Part shown: one piece after another, positions 38,560 to 52,902 of the stretch
Position numbering within the stretch: the first letter of the stretch is position 1
Layout: the number at the start of each line of letters is the position of its first letter
Position numbers and translations under genes: made by a program
NCBI RefSeq assembly: GCF_006345805.1
Contig: NC_043008.1
Location: 44,764,001 to 44,828,000, forward strand
DNA from: Octopus sinensis
Lineage: Eukaryota
DNA length: 64,000 nt
Direction of reading: 5' to 3'
Notes under the pieces: model-generated
Told to the model about the DNA's origin: nothing
What the model saw: the letters and a program-made list of their open reading frames with translations, nothing else
The model's database searches: none

Positions 38560-38672
38560 ATCATATATATATATATATATATATATGTATACATAGTTAT
38601 ATATTTTTTATATCATTATTTATTGAACACCACTCATCAATTTCCAAGTAAATATTTATATATATATATATA

Positions 38673-38707
<35 letters not shown>

Positions 38708-38729
38708 TATATATATATTAAATACATAC

Positions 38730-38761
<32 letters not shown>

Positions 38762-38848
38762 ATATATACATATATATATGTATGTATGTATATATGTATG
38801 TATGTATATATGTATGCATGCATGTATGTATGTATGCATGTATGTATG

Positions 38849-38880
<32 letters not shown>

Positions 38881-38975
38881 CATGCATGTATGTATGTATG
38901 CATGTATGTATGCATGTATGTATGTATGTATGTATGTATGTATGTATGTATGTATGTATGTATGTATGTATATGA
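38560..38975. repeat. (TA)n / (TATG)n microsatellite
   Basis: Directly visible. Confidence 0.95.
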
Positions 38976-39856
38976 AAGCACTACAAAATAGAGCATGCGC
39001 CAATCGTGGCGTTGTTACATGTTGGACGCAAACCATATTTCATACACTTTAACATCGACACGATCGCAAATTTTCTGTCACTATTTCAAAACAGCAAATA
39101 ACAACAACAACAACAATAATAATAATCGTAATAATAATGATGACGATGGACGATGATAATATAAACGTCATCAACTGCAACTATAATAAGTAAGAGTAAT
39201 AATGATAATAGTGATAAAAATAAATCTCTTTATGCTTTGTTACACATAATTTATTATTAAATTCCTTTTAGCTATCAACGTATAATGCCTTTTAGCTCTT
39301 TCTTCTCCACCTCTTCAATTACACTCTACGCATCCCATTGCAGATAACTATTATTGAACAAAAGAAGTAAACAGCATTTTATTGACATTTTACAGTAGTT
39401 AGCTGTTTTACCGATATACCTCGCTTAATTACACTCTGTGATAGTCAATAGCATCTCATTAAAATTCCATGATACATATAATTAAATTAAAGTAGAGAAT
39501 GTCTCGTTGGTATAATGAACGAAGGGAATGAATGGCTTGTATAATAAACACTTCAGTTTTATATCGGTATTCAATACAAATGGTTGTTCTTGATGGGGAC
39601 CAGGTAAACGGCAAGCGTGTATAATGTATATGTGAACACATTACGGAAGGGTGGTTGTTTTTGTATGTATAAAAGAGGTACAGAAATATTATTAGAACAG
39701 GTAAAGAGTCAGAGAGTATACCCTGCTGCTGTATTTGGTCCGTGTTTCGTCATTTACCGTTCTCTCTCATGGTTCATGTTTGATTGCCTTCCTATCGAAG
39801 TCAAGAAACTACCAAGTCTCCAAGGGGAGATTACATTGTATTGTTGGAGGTGCTTG

Positions 39857-40246
39857 TTTGTTTGTTGAGCGAAGCGGTCTTCGTCCCAGAGCTCGCAAGA
39901 TCGCGCCTCTGTAGTGGGAGAAGTCCGAAACGCGGTCCTTTGCTATTCGTAAGACCTGCAGAAGAGAAAGCGGGTTAACCCCCTGACACCGAGAGCATCG
40001 AAGGATAGATGAATGCGCATCCAGGCTCAGCGGTTTGCGTAGGAGGTCAGGGACAAGAAACAGGAGAGTGAGGGAAAGTTGTGGTGAAAGAGTACAAGAG
40101 AGGTCGCCACCACCCCCTGTCGGAGCATCGTGGAGCTTTAGGTGTTTTCGCTCAATAAACACACACAACGCCCAGTTCGGGAATCGAAACAGCGATCCTC
40201 CGATCTCGAATCCGCTGCCCTAACCACTGCGTCATTGCGCCTCCAC
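39857..40246 (-). mobile_element. Family C-headed SINE with a third body type, (CAAA)n tail, 16-bp TSD
   Basis: tRNA head at 40180-40244; TSD ttgttggaggt(g/a)cttg at 39841-39856 and 40247-40262. Confidence 0.8.
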
Positions 40247-40262
40247 TTGTTGGAGGTACTTG

Positions 40263-40520
40263 GCTCGGTGGCAGTGAGTTTGATTCCCAGACCGGATTGT
40301 ATGTTGTTTTCTTGAGCAAGACACTTTATTTCATGTTACTCCACTTCATTCAGTTGTAAAAATGAGTTGCGACGTCACTGGTGCCAAGCTGTATCAGCCC
40401 CTTTGCCTTTCCATTGGATAACATCGGTAGCGAGGAGATGGAAGCAGTAGCTGATTTTCCATAAACAGACTTGTGCCTCAGAGAGAAACTTTCTAAGTGC
40501 AATCCCACGGTTATTCCCGG
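40263..40520 (+). mobile_element. SINE family D with CORE-like segment
   Basis: gagtttgattcccagacc..cttgagcaagacacttta..ttgtaaaaatgagt. Confidence 0.65.
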
Positions 40521-40619
40521 CTGAAGGGGTCCGTTATCTTTTACCTCATATATATATAATGGTCCGGGGATGGAAGGCTGGTATTCATGGGTGATTTCTG
40601 GCCTTCTGTTAACAACCTA

Positions 40620-40849
40620 TTTCTTTACTACCCACAATGGGCTAAACACAGAGAGGACAAACAAGGACAGACAAACGGATTAAGTCGATTATATCGATCA
40701 ACCTCAGTGAATAACTGGTACTTATTTAATCAACCCCGAAAGGATGAAAGGCAAAGTCGACCTCGGCGGAATTTGAACTCAGAACGTAGCGGCAGACGAA
40801 ATATCGCTAAGGATTTTGCCCGGCATGCTAACGTTTCTGCCAGCTCGCC
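40620..40849 (-). mobile_element. SINE family A, full length
   Basis: Matches the other family A copies end to end. Confidence 0.9.
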
Positions 40850-40874
40850 ACTTTCATTGCAATACTAAAATTAC

Positions 40875-41183
40875 TAGGAGCACTCCGTCGGTTACGACAA
40901 CGAGGCTCCCAGTTGATACGGCCAATGAAACAGCTTGCACGTGAAATTAACGTGGCAGAGCATTTCACAGACACGTTTACCCTGAACGTAGCTTTCAGGG
41001 AGATTCAGCATGACACAGAGTGTGACAAGCCCAGCCCTTTGAAACGCAGGTACAACACATTTTTTGCCAGCTGAGTGGACTGGAGTAATCTGAAATATAG
41101 TGTCTTGCTCAAGGACACAACGCGCCGCCGGGAATTGAACTCACGACCTTACGATCATGAGCCGAATGCCCTAACCACACGCC
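40875..41183 (-). mobile_element. tRNA-headed SINE with CORE-like segment (family E)
   Basis: Minus strand: gtggttagggcattcggc..gagttcaattcccgg..gttgtgtccttgagcaagacac. Confidence 0.7.
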
Positions 41184-41360
41184 TTCACAATCATAAAATT
41201 ATGAATTTGGACTCAGAATGTAACGGCGGACGAAATACCGCCAAGAATTTTGCCCGGCGTGCTAAAGTTTCTGCCAGCTCGTCGCCTTCACAGTATTCTA
41301 TTATTGTCGAAAGTTGTAAGTGTAAGAGCGCGACAGATTAGCAACATCGACAGAGTAATG

Positions 41361-41414
<54 letters not shown>

Positions 41415-41532
41415 TGTTATATTTCAGAATGGTCATTTTGCCAGTTTAGCCAATTAAAACACACGCACTATTTATTTTGTGTTATTTTGCTTCAGTGTTA
41501 TTTATTTTTTACATTAATCTTAATCTTATTTC

Positions 41533-41576
41533 GGCCAGAGTTCTTTCGTCACACTCTTGTGACCGCATCAGTGGTC
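41533..41576 (-). ncRNA. Degenerate hammerhead motif
   Basis: Minus strand: GACCA-CTGATGc-G-GTCAC-AAGAGT-GTGAC-GAAA-GAACTC/TGGCC; A9 is substituted. Confidence 0.5.
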
Positions 41577-42292
41577 CTTTGTTTTCTTCTTTCTTATTTG
41601 TGTCTCTCCTTACTAACAGTCAGCCATTTTGTATTTCTATTGTATGTCTTGATTTGCGCAAAAATCTTGCACAAAAAAAAAGAAAATATATATATATATA
41701 TATATACATATTTATAATTCTCTGAAACATCATATTCTTTATGATTTCAGTTTCAATCTTATTCAAATAGGAATTTGTTTATGCTAAGAATTAAGATTCT
41801 GTGGAGCATTGAAGTTGATATAATGGACGAAAGCTTCACATCATGCAGGTATACCTAAGCCTGCATTGTACCCTCTAAGGTGCGCCTGTATGTCTATATG
41901 GGTACATATGTGTATATATATATATAAGAGACAGAGAATCAGTGATGTTATTTCCATTTTCAGGAGCTCTTTCACTCGCACTTTCTCTCTCACTCTTTCT
42001 TTCTCTCTCTTCCTCTCTCCCTCTCACCCTTTCCCATTTCATGACTCGAATTTGTGTTCTTACAAAATTATCTGGGGACCAGAAACGTCTGATCGAGAGA
42101 GAGAGAGAGAGAGAGAGGAATGCCACCACTTACATAATTTCCTCACCCGTGAAGGTCCATGGAATCTGTAGTATAGTATAGGAAGGTGGATCTATCGCAT
42201 TAAATCTTAAAATGAAAACGGTACAGCGAAACAGACGTCCAGACTCTCGGGCGATTCAACAACACATATATCAATACATGATATATATATAC

Positions 42293-42350
<58 letters not shown>

Positions 42351-42388
42351 TGGTGTGTGTGTGGTGTATGTATGTATGTATGTATATG

Positions 42389-42419
<31 letters not shown>

Positions 42420-42449
42420 GCATATATATATACATATATACATACATAC

Positions 42450-42502
<53 letters not shown>

Positions 42503-43438
42503 GCTTGTATATGGGTCTTTCTTTGCTTCTTGATGTATTATGCATAGTTATGAAGCGTCTCATTCGCTCTGAGTGTGTGTATGCTGTGAAATATCTGTTT
42601 TAAGTATGCAGATATGTAGGGCGGTTTTTATTCATTCTTATGGATGTACGTTTGGGAAATTAAAGATTGTATTGATGAAATCCCGAATTCATGCTAAAGA
42701 ATTGGAATTACGACAGACTGAAAGGGAAATCTCCCAATCGATTCCCGTGAAGAATATTTGAATTTGTACCAGCAACTATTACTATTTTGCCAATATTCTT
42801 GTAATTCCTGCAAGGACGTCGTTAACAACATGGCTTCCATGAGAGGAGAATCTCACGAAATATCTTTTCAGACAAACACGTCACAAGCGCATAAATACAT
42901 ACACCCGCGCGAGCATGTACACGCGCAGACACACACAGAAACGAACGAACGTATATACATGAAAAGAGTCATATATACACCGATATTAACACGCATATAT
43001 GTATGAAAATATGCGTGTGTCTATTAATTGGTATGTGTGCATGCGTTAATATATTTATATATATATATATATACGTGTGTGCGCATTAATATATTTATTC
43101 ATACACAAACACATATGAATATTACATATACATATATATCTGTCTATCTATATATATACATACATATATGTATGCATATATATATATATACATATGCATA
43201 TATATAGATATATATGCAAGTGTAAGAATATGTATTTATACATTTGTATGCATGTGTATGCATAGGTATATATACAAACGTATGCATATATGAAGGTGTT
43301 TCTGCTTATGTATGCATTCATATACTCAGATGTGTACCCGTATGTATCATACATGTATGCACATGTACGCACATATAAATATATATATATAATATATAGA
43401 TTAAATATATATATATAATATATATATATAATATATAT

Positions 43439-43469
<31 letters not shown>

Positions 43470-43729
43470 CACATACATATTTGTACATATATGTATATAT
43501 AAAGGGAGAAGAATATTTGTATTGATGTATATATGGGTTTACGCGTGTGTACATCCGTACATAATTTTATATATATTATTATACATTTATATTTACAATG
43601 GTAAATATATGTATATGTGTGTGTGTGTGTGTGTGTATGGCACGTATGTACATACATATTACTAGTGAACGTGTAACATATAATTACACAACTAAAGGCT
43701 ACATTGAATGATTCCTCTTCTTAGAAAAT

Positions 43730-44250
43730 ATCATCATTCGGCCATTCTCATAATTAACCGATTCTTTGTGAAGTAGGTTCCAGGGATATAGTTCTGTAAT
43801 CAATCTACATCAAAAGATCCTTTTTTTCCCTCCTTCATATAAAATATCTTATTCTCCTGGTAGGAAAATATATTATACTTAGTTCTATTGTAATCAAATA
43901 AGAATTTCATATATGTACATTGTATAAAATATTAAGAGATTAACTTCTGGATATATATATTGGTAAAAAAAAAAATTATCTTGCCCTTTGCGGGAGATTA
44001 ATTTCATCTAGATTTTGGTTGAATTTCTTGCGGCCTTTAATTATAGTTTTATTCAGAATGGATAACCTGTTTTTACCTAAAGTTATTAGAAATACTTAAC
44101 ATCATTGATATATATTCTGTGCTTGAAAGAGCTCTCCATATTTCCCCTATTTCCTTACCTTCATCTATAATTCAAACGCTCTTAAATACAACTATTGAAG
44201 ATGTTATGTAACATTTAATATCAATAAGTATGTGGATTGAAGTATATTAA
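43730..44250 (-). pseudogene. Highly decayed Penelope-like RT fragment
   Basis: Minus strand gives ..FYMKEGKKGSFDVD (43808-43820 region), then frameshifted ITEL, resembling WVKK..MGSFDGAEI.ELVG. The upstream RNST and IGEIW pieces are weaker. Confidence 0.35.
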
Positions 44251-44499
44251 GAAAAGGAGAAAAAACGATATGATATTGGTTTTAGGCATAAAATGCTTCA
44301 TACATAAAATGCTTCCCCTACCTAACAAATACTTGGTCTTTTTCCCAATATAGGATATTATTTTGCCTGGTGTAAAGAAAGGGCAGGACACTGAACTACA
44401 TAAGGATAGGAGGTGCATTTGTGTATCTTCTGCTAACGTTCGAATTCCGATGATAACGGTTTAACATTTAAGTGAGTATGGCATGTGCGAAGAAAATAA

Positions 44500-44800
44500 C
44501 AATTAGTTGTTATTGATAATGTTGTTGTCGGCGGTGGTTGTAGTAGTGGTGGCAATGGTGTTGGTAGTGGTGGTGGCGGTAGTGGTGGTGGTGGTGGTGG
44601 TGGTAATGGTGGTGATGGTGGTGGTGGTGGTAGTGGTGATGATAGTAAATTTTGGTGGTATTGGTTAGATGGTGTTGATGTTACTGATGGTGGTGTTGGT
44701 GTGGTGTGCATCTGGGTGCTTGAAGTTGGTGGTGCTGATGGTAGTGTTAGTGGAGGTGCTGCTGCTGCTGCTCCTGTTAATGCTGCTGGTGGTGCCATGG
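44500..44800. repeat. (GGT/TGT/GCT)n low-complexity repeat
   Basis: Directly visible; explains Pro/Thr-rich ORF 44433..44798. Confidence 0.85.
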
Positions 44801-45008
44801 TGGTGAAATTCAGTATTATTCTTTTATCCCTTTATATCTTTCAGCCCTAAAGCTGTGGCCATGCTGGTGTAAAGAAAAAATTATAAATTGATAGATTGAT
44901 ACATACATGCATAAACACACACGCAAATACATATAGGCACATACTCAAAAATACACAAATAAATAAATACACACATAAATGGATAGATACCTACTACATA
45001 CATACATA

Positions 45009-45050
<42 letters not shown>

Positions 45051-45219
45051 GAGAGAGAGAGGGGGAAAGAGAGAGAGAGGTAGAGAGAAACATAGTTTGC
45101 TAAGAAATCATATATATATATATATATATGTATATATATGTAATATGTATTTATATATATGTGGTGTGTATGTATACATACATATACATACAATATATAT
45201 ATATATATATATATTATAT

Positions 45220-45265
<46 letters not shown>

Positions 45266-45297
45266 CATATTTATATATATTATATATATATATATAT

Positions 45298-45796
45298 AGA
45301 AATATTAAAATAACTAAGTCTCTCTAAAAGAGAACAGCGGCAGCGTTCCCGGAAAATAATAGTTATCGCCATACTAATATGGCATTCTTATAAAAATAAG
45401 AAAAAAGCTGTCCGCTTATTAGCTCCATGAGGCCATCGCCTTAAGTTAGCTATTTGATACACAAACTGTATCCATATAACCTTCGAACAAGGGAGGTCAG
45501 TCGCTCCACACTACTTGACCGGCAGCTACAGACGCGTTTCGGGGTATTGCCCCTTTTCAATGCAGCGTAGCCAGCCAGTAGGTGTCGCTTCCGACAATCT
45601 CTGTTCGATGGTTTTATTTACCTAGTTTCGGTGGAATACATCCACTTGTTTTCAATAATAGAAATATATTGTTCGAAGGTTATATGGATACAGTTTGTGT
45701 ATCAAATAGCTAACTTAAGGCGATGGCCTCATGGAGCTAATAAGCGACAGCTTTTTTCTTATTTTTATAAGAATGCCATATTAGTATGGCGATAAC

Positions 45797-45802
<6 letters not shown>
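45298..45802. mobile_element. Penelope-like element with ~133-bp inverted arms (45358-45490 / 45669-45800, one indel) around a ribozyme-bearing spacer, flanked by (TA)n
   Basis: The arms are reverse complements except ctgtccgc vs ctgtcgc. Confidence 0.8.
45525..45566 (-). ncRNA. Type-I hammerhead ribozyme with U3:A8 core swap
   Basis: Minus strand: GCTGCA-TTGAAAA-GGGG-CAATA-CCCC-GAAA-CGCG-TC/TGTAGC. All three stems are paired, with palindromic ACGCGT stem III and a GUC triplet. Confidence 0.7.
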
Positions 45803-45862
<60 letters not shown>

Positions 45863-46190
45863 GCATGCATGTATGTATGTATGCATTTCCTCACTATGAG
45901 AATATTTTTATGAAGAAATATTCGTGTCGATTATTTTATTATTATAGAAGTGAATGAAATCTGGAACGTAGCAAAAAACAACTGCAAAAACAGCTTAGAG
46001 AATCGGAGGAAGTGTTCTTAGAGTAGGAGGAAAGTGGCCAGCGAACAGCAACAGAGTTCAGTACTCACTAGCGTTTCTGGAAACTTTTTTCCTCTCTATA
46101 GGAGCATCTTATCCAATCCTCTAATCTGCTTTTCACAGTTATTCCCCTACGTTCGAGATCTACTTCATTTCCAAAACACTGGTATATATT

Positions 46191-46405
46191 GGTTTCAAAT
46201 TTTGGTACAAGGGCAGTAATTTCTGTGGAAGGGGCTATAAATCGATTACATCGACCCCAGAGCTCAACTGGTACTTATATTATTGATACCGAAAGAATAA
46301 AAGACAAATTCGACCTCGGTGGAATTCGAACTCAAAACCTATGGACAGACGAAATGTCGCTAAGCATTTTACCCTACGCGCTAACGATTCTGCCAGCTCA
46401 CCGCC
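46191..46405 (-). mobile_element. SINE family A variant
   Basis: aatcgattacatcgaccccag..gaattcgaactc..ctgccagctcaccgcc. Confidence 0.75.
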
Positions 46406-46419
46406 TTAATAGTGTTGCA

Positions 46420-46620
46420 TCTATTATATAAAATCCGTTCTGTCTGTGTGTGTCTTCTAGGATCTCGGGCATCCTCCATCATATTGCGCTCAAATTTGAT
46501 ATGTAGATACCGACGGTATTAGGGCATGTATAAGTCTTGAAAAAATTACAAAAATCGATTCGAGGTGAGAATGCGATCGATAAATCCGTGGGAACGTGCA
46601 TTTGTACGCGTAAATACAAC
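46420..46620 (+). mobile_element. Probable non-autonomous Helitron-like 5' end
   Basis: A/TCTATTATATAAAA followed by a ctgtctgtgtgtgt tract and caaatttgatatgtag; no 3' hairpin-CTAG end was identified. Confidence 0.4.
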
Positions 46621-47369
46621 AGCTGTTGCGATTTACTTACTGGTACTATAAACTCTTCGGTTGCATATTTGTGTGGATAAAATCTTTATTTATTCTTTTG
46701 CTGCTGTCTCAAATTTCGGTTAAATCAGTGTTTCTCAAAGGGGAGACCTATGGGACGGTCGGACAAGTTATTTGTAGAAAATCTAGTTTAAATATTTGAC
46801 AACTCAGCACCGTCCATTGGACGCGGTGGAGGGGGGCGTTTTGCTCGTATTAATATATCTACAGAAATTTAGAATTCGAAAATTCTAAAATCAATAATAT
46901 ATTTATTGCATTATTTACTAGCAAGTACAACGATTATACATAGAAACCCGTTTTATAATTTTGACAAAGGAAATTCAAATTCCCACAATATTGAGTATAA
47001 TGTCATATTCAGAATCCATACAGCGACGAGAGTTTCTTTATACGCAAAGTGTTTATTGAAATATTCTTTCGAATCTCAACTAAATTTCTTCGTTTCTTTA
47101 GAAAACTTTGCTATTGAGAAAGAAATCACATTTGTGCGAGTGTGCGCACGCGTATGTAAGCGTGTGTGCGCGTGTGTGTGTGTGTGTGTGTATGTGTGTG
47201 TATTTATGCGTGTGCGTCTGTGTATGGATTTGTGAGAATGAGTATATGAGTGAGTGATTGTGTACGTGTGTGTATGCGTATACCTTTATATGTATCTGTT
47301 TGTAGTGTGTGTGTGTATGCGTGTATATGTATGCGTATTCTTCCATGTGTCTATGTATGTCATATATTA

Positions 47370-48029
47370 TGAACAACTTGGTTCGTGCCGCCATAATCCT
47401 TGCCTTCAGTTTATCTTTGGTGTACAAGAGGTTTTGTTCTTCTCTCGCTCGACTGCGCCCCACAAATAATAATCAAGGGGTTGTAGTGTGGGGAATTAGG
47501 TGGCTAGATGTTAGGGATGATGTGGTCGCTGAGATTGTCTGACAGCCATGACTGGATTCTCCTGCTTGTGTGGCATGGTACAGAGTCCTGTTGCCAGACA
47601 TAGGGTCTTCCAGTAACCACCCTCTCGACATAGAGCAACACTACCTGCTCCAGGCACTTGATGTGTGGGAAGATGAATGGAGGCATAATGTCGCCATCAC
47701 AAGTGATCACTCCAATGACCATGATGCTGATGGCTGACACTCAGACATTTTTATCACTCTCGGTGCATATCATCAGATTGCACTGCCCTAATATTGACAC
47801 TCAGACACTCAGAAACGTTCGTATTTGGTGCTTCAGGCGAGAATCCCAAGCAGTGCAGCATGTCGTTTCCAAATTTCTGGCAGAGTGAATTGAATCATGG
47901 TGCTGTGTTTCTCACAGACGGTGCCCAAAAGATTCTACTCTTCTGTATAGTCGACAAATTCAAAAATTAATAATGCGCATGCGCGAAATATAAAATATAA
48001 AATGGCGACAATTTACCCATCGCAAACTG
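47370..48029 (-). mobile_element. Internally deleted Tc1/mariner element, DD37D (maT) type
   Basis: The N-terminus MIQFTLPEIWKRHA is joined to IMVIGVITCDGDIMPP..VWQQD-(37 aa)-D in *PPNSPHYNPLD. The 5' TIR on minus begins TA/CAGTTTGCGATGGGTAAATTGTCGCC, with TA at 48030-48031. Confidence 0.85.
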
Positions 48030-48842
48030 TATATATGTCTGTGTGTTTGTTTGTATGTATGTATGTATGTATGTATGTATGCATGTATGTATGTACGTAC
48101 GTATATGTGTATGTATGTATGTATGTATGTATGTATGTATTATGCATGTATGCATGTATGTATGTATGTATGTATGTATGTATGTATGTATGTATTATGC
48201 ATGTATGTATGTGTGTAAAAACTTGTTATATTGGTACAAAATTTTAGTGTTGCACATATGCTATTGTATACCATCTCTTTAGCAAGACAATTTGCATTGT
48301 CAGTGAAAAGTGATATCGGTTGTAGACGTGTTGCTGATAATAGTCGGTCATTTGTGAAATGCTTTACATAATGAATTGTCGAAAAGTGTGGCAGGTGATG
48401 AAAGTCCAGAGCTGCTTATACAAACTGTCTCTGGTGCTAATTGTGTTATCACCGCAAAGCGAGAGACGTCCAGCGCAGTGTTATTACGTATCGCGAACTT
48501 TTTTTATTGAATAGAATTTATACGTATATCTGTTTCTAGCAATTATGCATTCATGACGTTTTGCACTGTACTGAACAAAATAGTCAATCAACATGGTTTA
48601 GCAGGCCAACCCTCGCCTGTCTGATCTGCTACAAATAGAAATGAAATCCTATGTAAATCAAGCCGCACTGTTCTTTTATTTTTTCTTAAATAAAGGAGAT
48701 GCTATCCTAATACCTTTGAGTATTCACTAATGATGGATGTTTGATTGATTTTCCTTCGTAGATCTGTGCGTTCACATTTATACTGTTTATAATCTTCAAC
48801 AAGTAAGATTCTATTTGCTGTCTATAACACATATTATATATA

Positions 48843-49935
48843 TTTCTTTACTACCCACAAGGGGCTAAACGCAGAGGGGACAAACAAGGACAGACATCGA
48901 CCCCAGTGCGTAATTGGTACTTAATTTATCGACCCCGAAAGGTTAAAGGCAAAGTCGACCTCGACGGAATTTGAACTCATAATGTAAAGACAAACGAAAT
49001 AACTGTTTCTTTATTACCCACAAGGAGACTAAACGTAGAGGGAACAAGCAAGGACAGACAAATGGATTAAGTCGATTATATAGACCCCAGTGCGTAACTG
49101 GTACTTAATTTATCGACCCCGAAAGGATGAAAGGCAAAGTCGACCTCGGCAGAATTTGAACTCAGAACGTAACGGCAGACGAAATACGGCTACGTATTTC
49201 ACCCGGCGTGCTAACGTTCCAGCTAGCTCGCCGCCTTATCTATTATGCTAGCTGTCTCAGGACATTTGTGGACCGATATTTAGAATCTAGCATCAACGTT
49301 CATGTAAAATTTCTCATGGCGAACATTTTCCCTGAATAAAGGAAATATCAGTTCAATGCCGCTGATATACCATGTTCTGAGAAAGACCTAATATCTATGA
49401 GATACTGGGGATTACTCTAAGGAGATGTACTAAGATACCTTTTTCTTTACTACCCACAAGGGGCTAAACACATAAAGGACAAACAAGGACAGACAAACGA
49501 ATTAAGTCGATTACATCGACCCCAGTGCGTAACTGGTACTTATTTAATCGACTCCGAAAGGATGAAAGGCAAAGTCGACCTCGGCGGAATATGAACTCAG
49601 AACGTAGCGGCAGACGAAATACCGCTAAGCATCCCGCCCGGAGTGCTAACGTTTCTGCCAGCTCGCCAAGTTTCTTTAGAGATGATCAATGTTTCTTTTC
49701 TGCACTTCACTTTATATTTAATCTGAAACGAGTCTCATTTCAAAATCAGTTGACTTCGCGAGATTCCCACAGAATAATAACTAAGAATATCAGGAATTAC
49801 GATAATTCTTTCAAACGCCGAAGACTTTGGTGGGCGGGTACCATCGACACTAGTCGCTGCCTCGTACTTTATTATGTCGACCCCCAGATGCTGAAAGGCA
49901 AAGCTGACCTCAGCCATATTCGAACTCAGAACGTA
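48843..49935 (-). mobile_element. Cluster of same-orientation SINE family A copies (48843-49235 tandem, 49441-49667 full, 49830-49935 partial)
   Basis: Repeated family A core and head. Confidence 0.85.
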
Positions 49936-50313
49936 AAAACATCAGGAAGAAATACTCTGAAGAATTGTGTCCAAAGCAACAATTCGCTCGTTATTTAGAG
50001 TTTTATAATAATTCTTTCGGTACGGGGTCTGGAATTTGTAGGCATTGAATGCTTAGGACACATATTAATGTCGGAGACAGTCGTAGTTGCTCATGCCTGG
50101 CCTTCTGCTGCCGTTGTCTCTACTCCTATCTTATTCCTTCTCTTTCAAGCAGTATTACATTATTGGTTATGTGTTGTCGGTGGTCGAAACTGTTGGTTAC
50201 TGTCGTCTCAAAAGCCAGGGGATCGAACCTCGTCTCATTCAGAGTTGACATTAGCTGAGCTTTGTAGCGTGGATGAGGGGCTGCGCTTTGTCCTTTTCGG
50301 GTTGCCACTTCAA

Positions 50314-50327
50314 TATCTATCTATCTA

Positions 50328-50408
<81 letters not shown>

Positions 50409-50439
50409 ATCTATCTATCTATATCTATCTATCTATCTA

Positions 50440-50484
<45 letters not shown>

Positions 50485-50532
50485 CTATCTATCTATCTAT
50501 CTATCCTTCTATCTATCCATCCATCCATCTAA

Positions 50533-50588
<56 letters not shown>

Positions 50589-50717
50589 TTATCTATCTAT
50601 CTATCTACCTACCTATCTATCTATCTATATCTATCTATCTATATCTATCTATCTATCTATCTATCTATCTCTATCTATCTATCTATCTATATCTATCTAT
50701 CTATCTATCTATCTATC

Positions 50718-50758
<41 letters not shown>

Positions 50759-50844
50759 ATCTATCTATCTATCTATATCTATCTATCTATATCTATCTAT
50801 CTATCTATATCTATCTATCTATCTATATCTATCTATCTACCTAC

Positions 50845-50876
<32 letters not shown>

Positions 50877-50925
50877 TTATCTATCTATCTATATATATAT
50901 CTATCTGTCTGTCTATCTTTCTATC
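50314..50925. repeat. (TATC)n microsatellite
   Basis: Directly visible; explains ORFs 50068 and 50273. Confidence 0.95.
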
Positions 50926-51472
50926 TATTTATGTATGCATCTATGTATGCATATGTGTGTGTTATGTATGAAATATATAACTGAGATATGTATACGTATA
51001 TATGTATTTGAATATGCATATACGTGACTAGATCTACCTGTATCTTAATTATCGATTCCGGTTGCCAAACATTGATACTAATCCAAAGCCTCAACTTGTC
51101 ATGTTTACAAATTCACACCTTCGTACATGGTGATTATTTTAATTAAAATATAACACAATATCACCTAACGTTCGCTTTGCTTAGTGTTTCTATTATTCTG
51201 TCATGCTCATTAATTTAAAATTAAAACCATACACACTGATTCGTTAGTATATTAATAATTGTTAATTGAACATCATAAGTTCGTGGCAAATATGTATTAT
51301 ATATAACACATTGTGGACAGATGTGATGAAGTATTTATTATATCTATAATTAATGCATTAAAATTTTAAATATATTCCAACGAAATACTATTTCAAAGCA
51401 AAGAATGATGGATGTATACATATATACATATATATATATATGTTTGTTGAATTTTCTGCTGCTTTAAATAAA

Positions 51473-51548
<76 letters not shown>

Positions 51549-51583
51549 GTATGTATATGTATGCATGTATGTATGTATGTATG

Positions 51584-51614
<31 letters not shown>

Positions 51615-52009
51615 GTATGTATGTATGTATATATTGCAAAATGATAAATAACTCTACAGTGTCAAAAACAATTATAAGAATAATAGAATGGGATTATCAT
51701 CAGGTTTTGCCGTGAAAATCTTTGAACGACTTTGATATTCGGTGAAGCATTCGGTACAAATGTAGGCGTTATTTAATTTGATGCGGTTCTGGTAAAATTA
51801 ACGCAAGCTAACACTAACGAATGTACGATTCCTTGATAATAAAACTTCAATCAAGACACAAATTTAATCAATAAAACTTTCATCGATAATATAATTTCTT
51901 GCAGGTCTTTTATAGATGGCGACACTGAATATTTTACATTTTTATTTTGATATATCATCAAATACGTTGGGATATCATAAAGACAATGGATATGGATTGT
52001 TTTATGTTT

Positions 52010-52800
<791 letters not shown>

Positions 52801-52902
52801 AGGATTTCTTTGTTTCTCTACAAACAATTTGTGCAGCTTATATACTTCCACATCCGTGTGTATACAAACCCGTTAAATACGACTGTACGTATCTGATAGG
52901 AG

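Noticed and set aside
39866-39945. Plus-strand hammerhead-like fold (long stem, GAAAC-GCG-GTC)
   Set aside because: There is no valid CUGANGA or covariant core (ttgagcga) and no stem I pairing; it is antisense to the SINE.
44433-44798. Pro/Thr-rich ORF
   Set aside because: It derives from (GGT)n-type simple repeats.
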